Source: Phoronis australis (lineage: Eukaryota; Animalia; Phoronida). Taken from it: a DNA stretch of 64,000 nucleotides. The notes beneath the pieces are model-generated. The model did no database searches and had not been told where the DNA came from. It worked only from the letters and a program-made list of their open reading frames with translations. Every line of letters begins with the position of its first letter. Position 1 is the first letter of the stretch. Positions 12,465 through 26,137 of the stretch are shown piece by piece. Location of the stretch: assembly GCA_002633005.1 (NCBI GenBank), contig NMRA01000234.1, positions 431,535-495,534 on the forward strand, given 5' to 3'. Both the position numbers and the translations under genes were made by a program.

Positions 12465-13750
12465 GTTTCAAAGTTTACGAGGCCAATGTCGGTGGTTGGA
12501 CAAGCAACAATTCATTGCTCCGTGAACAATTGCTGTCTTCATTCAACGGCCACATTATTGGAGTGGTAGAAACTCATTTACATGCAAATAAAGCTATTAC
12601 TTTGCCCGACTGTCGTTGGCACGGACACAGTAGGCAGCTTATCATGTAAACAAGCGGGCCCCAAGAGGCTCGGGTGACGTTGGAATATTTGTTAAGAATG
12701 ATTTGTTTAAAACATATAAAATCGATTTTGTTGACAAGTCGTATGATGGTATATGAGCTTTAAAACTAACTCATATACGGTCAGAGTGTTGTAAAATTGT
12801 ATTTTGTTGCTATTTATCGCCTCGGAATTCATCAAGGGGTTGCGATACGGGAAGCCATCTATCTATTATGCCAGTTTTATCTGTTATATCTACACGTAGA
12901 TGTAGCTGATATTATTTGTAGAGATACTCGAGAGTGGGTAACTTGAATGATTACATGCCAGCTGTTGATTGTCAAATAAATAAACGGCGTAAGTGATAAA
13001 GCTATAAATTGGCTCTAATACTAGCATACTGAGTGGCCCGAAAGAGACAAAGATAATTTCACCTCGGTGAGGAAGGAGTGATGTAGACTACTTTATTGTA
13101 CCCTTTGGTCGCTTCAGTCTGATCTTAAATTTGAGGTCCATGTTTGTACATGAGGGGTAATTGACAAACAACATTTACATGGGCTATTGTCGGACAAGTC
13201 AAAACTGCCTGACCACTGTGTATTATTGTTAAAAATAATGCTACACGTTCCAGTGAATATCTGTGACGAAAATGTAGAGGATCACCGTACGGATAACTCT
13301 TTTGATATGCCGATTTAGACAGCGGTTCAACTTAAATTCTATGCCTAGTAGTGAATGCATGGATAATGAGATTTTTAAAAGGGCGATTGGAGAGTTGCTT
13401 TTAATATTAGAAAATGAGTGTCGAAGAGATTTATCCCTCTGCGAAATCATAAAAAACAGAAATGGAATTGGATTTAAGATGTACTCAAAGTTGTACTAAA
13501 AATCTGAAAAACAAATTTAGGCAAACAAGCTCTTTTGGAATGACGAATGAACGCAAGTTTGGAAAAACGTGTCCAAAAAAGATAAAGTATTTCTCAAAGA
13601 AAAAATACTAAACGACGAAGGGAGCGACTATATGAACACAAGAGCTCTAGGTATTATTTTGTCAAAAGATTCAAGTTTTTAAAGAGATTTGTTTGCGAAA
13701 ATTCCAATGGCTGAAAATCAAAACGTAGAGGATTTGGAGAAACCAATGTC
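12465..13750 (+). mobile_element. Degraded non-LTR retrotransposon, AP-endonuclease region
   Basis: Frameshifted translation FKVYEANVGGW...IIGVVETHL...RWHGHSR...RAPRGSGDVGIFVK...VFCCYLSP and later DYFIV and LPDHCVL follows the APE motif order (NV.G, ET, GGV, Y.P, D, SDH), with multiple stops. Confidence 0.8.
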
Positions 13751-15033
13751 ACAAAATTTGAGTTTTGTCATTTTCACAGGATGCTAATTATTTAACCGAT
13801 TCCATCCTAATCTGATGTTGTCACACTCCCACGAGAGATAAAAATGACGTCTCTTAAAAATATTGGACGCGCGGGTTTCAAAATTTCCATTGTAGCTATG
13901 GCTTGCACCTAGCAATGTGGTCTCAGTACAAATTAACACGCAACTAAACTAAATGATCCTAACAACCTTTTGCCACAGTAAGTAAGAATGTACCTTGGAA
14001 ATTTGTAGCAATACCGACTGAACCAAGTTCACGTTAACTATGAAAGTAGAAATGCATAATTGTTACCATGGCGACTGAGTATCATAAAAGCTTCCTCCTT
14101 AAACTAGAATCTGACAAGCATGATAATCATTATAAATAATATGAAGCTATGAGGCAGAAGGATTCAAGTAAGCTTCATACTTCATAATCCAAATGTAACC
14201 CATTTCTGTAAATCAAGTAAGAACACATTTTGTTGCTTTGATGTATCTTGAAGTAGAAAATAACTAGTTGCAAAACATTAATCAAAATCACATTTTATGC
14301 ATGGAATTTAGAAAAATATGTGTCCTATTGTGAAACATAATCGTACTTTGAACAGAAGTTGACTTTCAAACAAAAAAAACGTGATTTTAAAACAATTTCA
14401 ACAGAATTTAGCAGAGTGCAAGGTCAATTGGAGAGGCACTTCACATTGAAAGAAATAGAAGATCCATACTAGTTAGGGCAGAAGCACCGGAAAACGGTAC
14501 AGAACCGCTTTGTGTAGCAGTGTGTCTACAAATGTATGACAGTTAAATCTTCACCGATGACAATTTAGCCGGTTGAACATACCTTTCAGTTCAGAAAACT
14601 CGCCATGTTGTCCAACGCCATAAATCGCGAACACTTTAACCGCTATATAAGTTACACCTGCGTGATTAAATACTGGTGTTAACTCTTGGATTGTACAGAA
14701 TGGTAGGTAAGGATGTGCGTTACTACATTTTACCGCTAGAATATTTGCGAAAATAAGGTTTAAGCACTTTAAATCCGTAACCTATGCTTTTGACATCGCA
14801 AGATGGCGGACACGACCAAAATGAAGTCAAAATTTGACACATAAATGGCGATAACTTTTCAGCCTGTAGGAAGGCAAAAATTTATGGGGGGGGGGGGGGG
14901 GGGNNNNNNNNNNNNNNNNNNNNNNNNNNNNNNNNNNNNNNNTCGCCACCACCTCCGCCCCCCCCCCCCCCCTCGCCCCCGTCCTCCCGATGCCACCACA
15001 TTCAGTGTACCTAATCTCCCACGTGGGGAGGCA

Positions 15034-15187
15034 CAGTGGCGGAGTTATTAAGGGGCCAAGAGGCCATGACCCCCTAAAATTCTCCCAGATTCCATTTGGC
15101 AGTTCGGAAGTGCCAATTTCTGACTGGTAAAACTCTGACTAATACTCTGCCCTACCCCCGCAACTCAAAATCATGGATCCGCCTCTC
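15034..15187. mobile_element. ~155-bp MITE (CAGTGGCGG termini); related inverted copy at 26149-26304
   Basis: CAGTGGCGGA...GGGGCCAAG...CTAAAATTCTC.CAG.TTCCATTTG.CAGTTCGG...GGATCCGCC. The second copy sits inside a (GT)n microsatellite. Confidence 0.7.
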
Positions 15188-16569
15188 GAACAATCCCGGG
15201 CGGGGATCCAGCCATTAAGAGTTGAGTAACCGTGAACCAACACGGAGAGTAAGAATGGGCCTAGGACCAGTAAACTGACCTGTAGCGAGGAGCTGCCTCA
15301 AGTAGCAATAGCTGAAATCTAACAGTGTGTAAATACGAAATCCCCGATGAACTAAAGCTAATTGCTGGTCAGCTCAACTATGATTCACTTGAGACATGCA
15401 GCTTAGCTCGTACCGGCCGTCTGCGCTCGTTCTTAGGTCAAGATTCGTTTTGTTGTGATCCAGTTTCTGGAAAACTATTTTTTATTATGGTCATTCTTTG
15501 AAAGAGTTTTTTTGAAAAGATATGGGGTCCTAAAGTCCCTGGTAGTGCCTTTGGGGCTGTTTCAAAATCCCCAGATGAAACACGACTGTTTTTTCAGTTT
15601 CTGGTGGTTGGGGAAAAGGATAGTGTGTCCCAAAAATGTACACACTTCCTGAACGCTTGCAGTTCGAATTCATTCCTTGCGTTATCACTGAGAGTCTGCG
15701 CGGCCTACTGCATGATTACATTTTATTTTTAACTTGCGTACGTCAGTCAGGAAAAGCAATCAATTCAGTTTTGAAGAAAAAAATTCATTACTCAATACTA
15801 CTGGAAACTAAAAACACCAAGGAACTGCAAAGACAACTTTTCCAAGAAATGAGTTTAATTTTATTTATTTGAGGACTTTTAAAACGTTTTTTTCTATCTA
15901 CAGTTTGTGTGTACGAGTTTTATCAATGTCTTTAAGAGGTATTTTAGATAATGCAAAAATCGTATAAGTGTACTTTATTATTTGGGTATCAAATTATAGA
16001 GTTTTTCCAACTTCAGGCAGCAATTAAATTCATTGAATTATCACCGATTCTTACAAGATTAGCTTCTAATTATCAAAAATCATCTATGAAACTATCGATA
16101 TTCGTAGATACATAAACACGTAAATCAGAAACCTTAAGTTGAAAGGCTAAACATCATTAAGCTTGGAAAAAAGTGAAAATTCATTCCACGGTCGAGTGGT
16201 CCCAAAACGAGGCAGGGAGTGACCTCCTTCAACATGAAAGCACGATTTCACAAAAGCAGGAAAATAGAGAAATCGATTCCACCAATGGGCCCCCCGTGAG
16301 GTGCACCCTAAGAATTTGTCGATAAAAACACAAAAAGGTGGCCACTTAAATGTCATCATTGGAGGCTCCTAAATATGAAAATATATGTATTTTCAAATAT
16401 CAGGAAATGCGCTGCAATTGATGTTATCTGTCAGGTCATCAATTTTTCTCAAGTGATATACAGTTTCGAGAAAAAAATAAAGCGAAAGTTGTCTCCGTTA
16501 CCCCTTGCCCGAGAGGGGTCTCTGGAAAAATATAGTATTGCATTCGCAAAATTGACTTATTGAATTTAA

Positions 16570-18680
16570 AGGCGGAGGCAAGCATTTCGCGCCAATTTCT
16601 TTTCATATAGTCTGACTGTGAAAGCTGCCGAATCAGTCATTGTTCTACCTCGGTTGTGTTAAGTTACGTCGTCGTTTGCTTTCATTTACTAGTCAGTCAA
16701 CATGCCACACTATTGCTGCGTACCAGGATGTACTAATTGTCGTCTCGCGCGCTTTGGGAGTACCTTAGCATCGCTTTTCGATGGATGACACACTTCGCCG
16801 TACTTGGCTCGTTCGTGTGAAGAACGCAGCGTTACCCGTCCACACAACGTACAAAGCAGTCGAGAATTACCGTGTGTGTGGCAAGCACTTTCTGCCGTCC
16901 GATTACGAAAGGGATTTGTACGCTGAACTGATGAAGGTCTCTGCGAAGCAACGCCTGAAGAAGGATGCCATTCCGTCTGTGTTGACTACCGGCAGTGCCC
17001 CATCGCCACCCCCGAGAAGTGCGTTTTTGAAGAGAGAAGCCACGCGAGCTGTGGCCAGTACAGTGACTGGAGCCAGTGGAGGCACTTCATCCACCGTCAC
17101 CTGTGCCTCCGAACGTACCCCAGAGCGTGCCATTCCTGGAACCAGTAGTAATTCGCCCTGTGCTGTTTTCTCCAGCCCAGAGCCTCTAAGCAGCCCTGCA
17201 GCGATATTGAGTAGTGGGAGTGATTACAGGCCCAGTTCGACACCCAGTGAAGAGGACAGTTCGTCGTCCAGTGAACAGATCGGTGAGCCAAACTTTGATA
17301 AGTTTATTGTGGACTTGTCTAAAGTGTTGGAGCTATTTAGAAGGTGCCAGGNNNNNNNNNNNNNNNNNNNNNNNNNNNNNNNNNNNNNNNNNNNNNNNNN
17401 NNNNNNNNNNNNNNNNNNNNNNNNNNNNNNNNNNNNNNNNNNNNNNNNNNNNNNNNNNNNNNNNNNNNNNNNNNNNNNNNNNNNNNNNNNNNNNNNNNNN
17501 NNNNNNNNNNNNNNNNNNNNNNNNNNNNNNNNNNNNNNNNNNNNNNNNNNNNNNNNNNNNNNNNNNNNNNNNNNNNNNNNNNNNNNNNNNNNNNNNNNNN
17601 NNNNNNNNNNNNNNNNNNNNNNNNNNNNNNNNNNNNNNNNNNNNNNNNNNNNNNNNNNNNNNNNNNNNNNNNNNNNNNNNNNNNNNNNNNNNNNNNNNNN
17701 NNNNNNNNNNNNNNNNNNNNNNNNNNNNNNNNNNNNNNNNNNNNNNNNNNNNNNNNNNNNNNNNNNNNNNNNNNNNNNNNNNNNNNNNNNNNNNNNNNNN
17801 NNNNNNNNNNNNNNNNNNNNNNNNNNNNNNNNNNNNNNNNNNNNNNNNNNNNNNNNNNNNNNNNNNNNNNNNNNNNNNNNNNNNNNNNNNNNNNNNNNNN
17901 NNNNNNNNNNNNNNNNNNNNNNNNNNNNNNNNNNNNNNNNNNNNNNNNNNNNNNNNNNNNNNNNNNNNNNNNNNNNNNNNNNNNNNNNNNGGGCAAACCC
18001 CCCTCCCGACCTCCCCCCATTCGGTGATATGTGCATATAAAATCGTGGTTCAGTTTGCGCAAATGCTTCCAACCGGACAAAATGTTGGGCCCCCCTTGTG
18101 ATATCCACCACTGGATCATATCCAATCATATCATTAGGTGTTACGGTTTGTTCTCATAAATTTCTAGAATCTCTAGAGTGCCTTGACCCCAGAACCCAAA
18201 GTTGTAAACACCATCTAAAAATAGATTTTGCCGTTAAAATGCATGTCAACAAGTCTGACCCCATGATTCAAAAGTACATATGAATAAATTTTGGGCAACT
18301 TAAAATGGATCTATTCTTACTAATAACACAATCAATACTTATTCTGACATAATGGCATACCCAAAGTGCGCGTGAGACGATAATGAGTACACCCCGGTAC
18401 GCAGCAACCCTGCGGCATGCTGACTGACTCGTAAACAAACGCAAATGACGACCGAACTTATCACAATCTAGGTAAAACGATGACTGACGCGACAGCTCAT
18501 ACAGTCTGACCACATGGAAACAAAATGGCGGGAAATTCTTGACTCCCTAAACGTCACTTCCGGAGTAAGGCACGACTTTGTTGATAAAATTACAGGAAGC
18601 TATTATTAACTGAATATGTCTGGGATAATCAACGAACCGTATTTTTACTAAAAATGACATGAAAAATGTTGCCTTCTCCT
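16570..18680 (+). mobile_element. Kolobok-type DNA transposon remnant(s) with a THAP-domain transposase pseudogene, interrupted by an N gap
   Basis: TTAA|AGGCGGAGGCAA at 16570 and TTGCCTTCTCCT|TCAA at 18680. From ATG 16702: MPHYCCVPGC (frameshift/stop) HRF...TWL...YRVCGKHF...RLKKDAIPS, a C2CH THAP finger, then a Ser-rich linker and KFIVDLSKVLELFRRC. Segment 18340-18680 is an inverted left end and may belong to a separate copy. Confidence 0.8.
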
Positions 18681-19595
18681 TCAATGGACACAGTCGGGTT
18701 TACGGCCCAAAGAACCCATGTCGGGGATTATTTTTGGGTAAGAGTGACCAAGTTATTAGCTTTGACCGAAGCTGTAAAACAGTGTTTTTGTGGTTTTTAT
18801 TATAATTAGCAGACTGTAGTCAAAGTTAAGTGAAATCGAGGCCGCGATCTCATCAGGTGTTTTGTTTAACCTGGTTCCCGGGCCTCACAAGCTGAGGTCA
18901 CGGATACCTTGTCTCGAGGGTTTGTGCAGGAGACTAGTGTTTTGTTATTATTATGTGGCATGAACACGGTAGATGCCGGATCATAGCGCATATTGCTAAT
19001 CAAAGCCGTCGTGAAAACTCTTAGGGCTAATCTCGTGATTTTATTTGAGAAAAAGAGTTGAAAGCATTTGGAAACGAAATCGAGCACTAGGCTGCCGTGA
19101 GAACATATCCACAGGTAGACAATAGGTATACATGGGTTTGCCAGAAATTGCTTGACATACAGGCTTACTTTGATGATTTAATGCATTGACCTAAAGTTGT
19201 TTCCGAAAATGCTTACACTGATTAAACTCCTCACCAAATTTCTAAAAAATCGTTGATGGTTTGTCTGAGATGAAAAAAGTGTAATTCGGTGCAATGGCAT
19301 TTTATTCATGTTTCATATCGCCGATTATACTACGTTTACAATGACAGTATTATGCTAATACATGTACATAAGCTTCTTAAAAGTAGCATATGGACGTATT
19401 GATGCGGCGTCAAGCGCACATACTTTAATTACAAAATACAATTGAGCAGAAACAGCAATTTCAATATTATTACAGGTGTGAAGGAGTGACCAGCACCAGT
19501 TGTTCCCAGGGGACTACTACCTTTTGTAGCACTGTGAAAGAGTGTAGCGTATTTCCTTACTTAGATCCGGTCAGATTATCTCCACATGTAACAAT

Positions 19596-19746
19596 CCTCC
19601 CGTTCAGTAATGTTAGGACTTCGCTAAAAAGCAAGACTTCGTGAGATAACGTGAGATATTGTCGTGTATTTCAAATGAGGGCACGTGACTTTGGGTAGAT
19701 TTTAGCTAGATCCTAGCGTAGGTCCTAGCGTTACTGAACGCACGCC
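19596..19746. mobile_element. ~150-bp MITE; second copy at 23624-23776, inserted in the Gypsy integrase relic
   Basis: TIR CGTTCAGTAACGCTAGGACCT ... AGGTCCTAGCGTTACTGAACG. The two copies are clearly homologous. Confidence 0.8.
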
Positions 19747-20189
19747 AGGTGCGAACTTTTCAAAAGAAAAGAGCATGACATTATCTTGTAGCCTAATACA
19801 AACGCAATGCCAAGCGATCACTTCTGCTTTCCCTCGTAAATAGTGCTTTTGTCAAACAACTTTTAAACAAACTTACGAAATGTCATCGATTCCCATGTTA
19901 ATTGGCAGTTCTTGGTGAGCCTAATCGTGTACGAGACGGTTCGCTATCTGGTGACCGGATATTTTCTACCTACACAAAGAAACTGTGGAAAACTCAAAGG
20001 GTCTTCTTTCTATTTTCAGAGGTCCCCAGTAAAAAAATTGAGAACGAAAACTGCGCAACCGACTATAACTCCACAGACGATACATCAAAGCAGTTCCCCC
20101 CGGTGCATATGCTACCCCTATTGCCTACGGGTGCAACAACAAATGTTATAATGAAATTCATACTTTCCTTGCAGTCATAATTTTAGAAA

Positions 20190-23100
20190 ATGACTTCGAA
20201 AAGATGGTTTTCACTCGCTTTTGTTTCCCGACTACATAAAGTGCATGGCATACTACTCCTACTAGGAATATTAATCTTCGGCTACGCTGTAGTTAACCAA
20301 AAAGCGACACGTTCATCAACAGGTAAGTTTCATTTGTTATAAACCAAAATTTGGACAACTTGACTGCGCCATGGGTGTCTGGTGCAGCTTTCAGAGGTCC
20401 CATGGGTATGACAGGTGCAGCTATGACGGTGCCAATAGCTTCAGCAAGGATTTTACTACACTCCTTGCTTTCAATGTGATGCTAGACTGAAGATTAAATG
20501 GTTATTATCGACTGATCGTACAGAGGTCTGCTTAAACAAAACGTCTACATAACGTGTTGTAATGCTACAACCAGTGTTGCGAAGCCTTGACTTGTAATGA
20601 ACGTTAGGGTTACCTTCAGCAGCTGTCTCATTTGTTGGCTGATTCAACAACTAAAGTTATGACTTGCTGTTACATTACGTACCATTCTCTTGGAGTGTAA
20701 AAATCAAGAAATTTCCACGATCATGATCTAATGAGGAATTACGCTCGATTAAACTCGTCACACACGCCTTTTTGTGTTGGTACACAATTCTTTGGTTAAG
20801 CTGGTACGAGCTTGAGTGCGCACAAGGAATCAACACATGAAAGTTAAGTCTAATTTCTCTGAAGGTCAACCGTTTTTCTCCATTCGAAGTTTTTTTGGTG
20901 AAAGTATTTCATACAAAACATATCTGCTTCACGACATTTGTTGAAACTCGTTAGTAAATAGTATTTTTAAATATCGGTTAATGTCAGGCGCGCTGTTTAC
21001 AACATAATTTCTGAATTACGTGAGCTTCTCAGATGAAGTCAGACAGTAAGAGAGCTGGACTATGTAAACATTGGTTTGCCACTGTCAAACTGATAAGGAC
21101 ACTGCTGTATCCCGACGATCAGTCAATCCGGATAAGAATTCCATTGCGCAGGTGCGTAACGATCCGAGTCTACAGGGCGAGAGTCAGCTATGGCATAGCT
21201 GACTCTCTCTAGACTCTGTAATCATAAGCCAGCCAGCTAGCTGTATGAAGACTATCGTGAAAATACACGAATAATATCCTGGAGAGATAAAACAGGGATC
21301 TGAAATAACCGTACTCCTCGCTGGCTCTCAGTTTTTGGCTGACACACGTTATACGAAACATTCTATCGTCAACTTCATGCAGCAAGACTTCTCCTAAACC
21401 AATGGCACGGCTGTCTGGGCCTAAATTAATCTCAAGCCGGCGAATGCGTGAACTCGTAATTGAATATTCATTTCCGCAATCAGATGAACTTTTTGTTCTG
21501 TATCGGGAAATTTGTAATTATTGGTCTCATGATAACCCGTTTTCTCCTTTCCTCGTAACTTGTGTCAAAGAATCGGAGGAATATATGAATGGTGAAATTA
21601 ATTATTGTTTGGTGGATAAGATAGCCCGATAGTTAAAAAAATGGTTAAAATTTGCGTTATTTTATTAAAATGTAGTTTGATTTAGTGTAGTCCAATTTTT
21701 TAGCTAGATGAACGTCATTATTTGAATGAACTACTGAACTTTTCTCATGTATTCCAAGTTCATGCATACGTTCACCCACAGCATCTCCACACACTGAAAA
21801 CACGACACCAATCACTAGAGGGCGCCTTTCACTAGTAGCCGGTGAGTCGTAGAAAAAAACGCACTTCACTGTTGGTGGTTGGAATTTGGTGCGTCTTATC
21901 CGCATTAGCTTTTAATCGCTCATAGTTATCTGGTTCGTTCCGATCCGGTGTCCAAGGAACTCCTATGTAGCACTTCGACGGTTTTACAGTGATACCTTCT
22001 AGTCTTTTCAGTTCTCCGCACTTTAACAAGTCCTCAGTTCAATTGTACGGATATGGGCCATATGACAGTGGCTAGCACATCGTCGAAGTTATCTGACCCC
22101 GCTAACATCCCCCGTATCATTCTCAAAGTAGAATGTGGCCGCCGAATTCAAAAAGCCAAATGTCATCTTGTGGAACTGGTAGTCGCCTACCAAGGGTCAC
22201 GAACGTTATTTTCTCTTTACACGCCTCATCTGTGAAATCTGCCAATAGCCTTCGTGAAATCGATCTTCGAGAAGAAACGTCGACTAAGTGCAGCGTCGCC
22301 ATGGCCACTCTGGTACGTTCATTGGTTTGTAGTCAAATTTGGTCACCGCATTCGTCCGCCGGTAATCAAGTTGCTTATCTTTAATACCTCCTGCACTTTC
22401 TTTTTCACTAATTTAATTCATGTGTAGAATGGTATCTGACGTGGCTGGCCTACTCGGTCTCTCCAGGCTAACTGTAAAGATGCCAAAGTAGTCCCGTAGG
22501 ACGCGAGTGCTGGTGTCAAGGAATCGCACACTTAAAAGGCTTTGTAAGACTTGTTGTGAACCACTGGTCGGAAGGCCTAAGCCGCCTTCGCCAAAAAGGG
22601 TCGCTTCCTCAGTCTCACACTCCTCACCCAACTCGGCATAGTTCGCTTCATCCGTCTTCGATATCGTCATCCCCGCGTTCGTGTTACGCCTTCAACGGAA
22701 GAGTATTGCCGTTCACTTTTATCCATGTAGTTCACTGACTAGTCTACTGCCGTAATTTTATACGGCTCCTTCCATTGCATAGCAAGCTTGTTGTGATCTG
22801 TGGCAGTAAGTAACACCAGCACTCTCTGCATCATGAAAGGAGTCCTTAGGCTACGTTTACACACTACCGGTTGAGATTGGGCAACTTGACAGGTTTGCGC
22901 ACCACAGAATCCGCCGGTTTAGGAAACTGAAAGACGCCATGTTGTTGCGGTTTATTAAATCACCTGAGGCTGCTGATGTTATTGTTCACTAGATAATGAG
23001 GACATCGTGAACAAATTGGGGCCAACAATAGTATTTAAATTTTCGTTTTGAAAGTTTGTAAATAGCATATTTGAATAGTTCATGAAAAACACACGTGGTC

Positions 23101-26094
23101 GGGTTTTTGAATTTTGAACATGGGACAAAAATGTGACTTTTACAACCTAAAACGTTTGTTTAATGTTGCAATAAAATGTTCTTCATTAATTCTACTGGGT
23201 GTGTAACATAATTGCTTCAATTTTCAAACCACCAGGCAGCAGTTGGATTTTGAGGTAAGCCAAGTGTCGTACAATTCTTGGCATGACCACTCGAAACTGT
23301 CCTCGCTGGTCTTCTTGTCGTAGTAACGCTTGCGCGTGCCTTGAGCATTAAACAGGCTTTTTAGCCAGACCCTTATGAGCCATACAGGTAAGTATTTTGG
23401 TCCCGGCAGTCTCTGTCTCCCTCAGTCCAGAGTTCACTCAGAATTGGCTAATACCACTCACTGTGCTGCCGTGCAGCAACTCGAATGCTGTTAGATACCG
23501 ATCCCAGTGTCTTGGTCTCTTATGACGCGACCTCTTCAACATGGCTTTCCACACACTCGTTGATTCTCTAACTCAGCATGGGTTGAAAGGAGTCATATAC
23601 AGCTATTGTGCATTGATAAGCCTGCCTCCCGTTCAGTAACGCTAGGACCTCGCTAAAAAGCAAGACTTCGCGAGATTACGTGAGATATTGCCGTGCATTT
23701 TAAATGAGAACACGTGACTTTGACTAGGTTTTAGCTAGGTCATAGCGTAGGTCCCAGCGTCTACTGAACGCACGCCTGCTGACCTCCATCGTCAGTTCCG
23801 CTGTGTAGGCTACTGTGTTCTACGACTCAGGATCTCGCGTGGGAATCTGGTCCAGCAACCATCAGCCACGTCTTCTGTCTCTATCTTCGGCATTACTTCT
23901 ACGAGTACCTGGTAGCGTTATCTAATATAGATGCCCCCTTGTCTGACACATGAGCGGTCAATCAGGTCCTCGTGAAAAACTAATCCGCCACGAAGGAACA
24001 TTTTCACGAAACACGTCGCTCTAGTCGCAGTGTTGGCTTACGTAGTAAATGACGAAGGAACTTTCTCCCTGTCGGCACGTTAGTCAATAGCCTTTTAGCG
24101 TTCATTCTAGAAAATGTCACGCTGTCTACAGAATCGAGTCACTTCTGATGGCACTCCTGGCCAGTAAAAGTTGGTGGTGATCAGGCCAGTTGTCTCTTTA
24201 ACACCGAGATGTTCTCTGGCTGTAGACTCGTGACGGAGCCTCATCACGAACTCCCGTAACTTGTTCGAGACTAAAAATTGCTTCATCTCATCAGCATCCT
24301 TATTATTGCACAGCCGATAGAATATCTCTCAGTAAACCTTATATTTTGCAAGGGAAGTGGAGGATTTTTAAATTTAAAAATTGTCAGCTTATTTAGCATA
24401 TGAAATGTTAACTTAGTGTTCTTTTTTCATTTCAAATATGCCCGAGTTATTTTACCTTGCTGTCATTCTACACCTCAAATTTCATTGTCAAATTTCAAAT
24501 TCTGATCTCCAGACTGCCCATTCAGTGGAGACTGGCCACACGTACAGTGTAACAGAAATCTATAGTGTTGTAACTTAACATTACAAGAGCAACGAAGAGC
24601 GCTGAAATACGCCAACGACTGCACCGCAAACGGTGCGCTTCTACGGGTATTAGTATCGTAAAAACGACTATTGGAGGGCATATAATACTTCGAACTCTCC
24701 GAAATTGGGAAGGCAGTTACAAAATTATTTGCCAAATATCAAGAAAATCGACTGAATGGTAAGCGTAGAAACTATAATTGCCAATAGGGGGCACAGCGGT
24801 AGCCAGAGTCGTCAAAAATCGCAATTGCTCATTGCCACTTTTATAGAAAAACACCTGCAAAAGTTCCTGCTAAGGAGTAGAGAGCTACAGCCACGGTTGC
24901 AAAAATGCAAAATCATTACTAGAAGATGCCACAGTTGTCAGACCCTTCTGAAAATCAAGATCAGACATGATTTTCTTAAAAGAAATACAACGGCTGAATT
25001 TAATGATGATCCTTTGAGCACGTTGGTGGAAAAGAAAGAGGCGGACGATAAAAAACGGATGCGAAATGAAAAAATGGCCACTAGGTGGCACAGAATATGT
25101 TGAGACCCCCTTAAAATGAAAAGCATTGTTATCTTCTTAATAGAAACATATTTGCCACATTTCACGAAAATTATCCGTGAACTTTTAAAAATAACAGAAC
25201 CAAGTCTAGAAAAATAAAATTACCACTAAGTAGCACAACTGAACTCGTTCGTATCTGTTGCCATGTCCACAGGAACACATCTTCTAAATTTCAAAAAAGA
25301 TGCTCCACAGCGCAACTATGGACGCAAACAAAATTGCAACTAGGGGGCGCCAGAGCAGTTCGAAAATCAACTGAGCACAAGTGAGAGAGTCAAATGCAAC
25401 TTACGAATACAAAGAGACATTGGTTTGTCAGAATCATATAGACGACGGAATCTCCAAAGTAATCTATGAACGCTCCCTAAGAACAAAAATTTGTTAAGAT
25501 CGAAATTCGAGCTAAATTATGACCGAAGACGAAAGTTCGGAAAAGAACGTTTCATGAACACTAATTCCGATTTTTTTCTGCCATCTTAGCTCAGCGGCAA
25601 GGGCCGTCCCGGATTACACAACGACATACGAATCTCGTTGTACTTAGGCCACAATTTCCGTCAAGCACTTTTGTAGCCGAGTGTTTTCACGCCATTGGCG
25701 TTGGACATGTTCTTTGTTGCTTTTGTATTCTGTAGTACCCAATATATTGCCATAGGCTGCACGGTAGCTGCTCTTTTGTACATTACCAACAACGTGAGTG
25801 CTCTCTAGTATGGTTGTATTAAAATTTCGAAATGGGTTGAAATAGTCCGAGAAATGCACTTTTTCGCGGTCTGCCGCTAGAGGAAAAAAGTCAAGGCAGC
25901 AGGTTTGACTTGGGCAGATGTGAATCTATATACTTGTGGGAATTCAGGAAAGCAAAAAGCCCTACTCTAAGTCCAACACACTCACAAAAAACACTATTCG
26001 ACAAGATACCAAACTTGGTGAAGTTTCAAACTTCACACTTTTATTTTATGCTACTACATCCAATGAGATATATATCTATATCTAGATCTACTTC

Positions 26095-26137
<43 letters not shown>

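Noticed and set aside
17214-18129. Long ORFs of 227-419 aa in the ORF track (similar ones at 29256-29730 and 50901-51336)
   Set aside because: They are open only because they run through N gaps. Only 16781-17350 (THAP transposase remnant) is meaningful.
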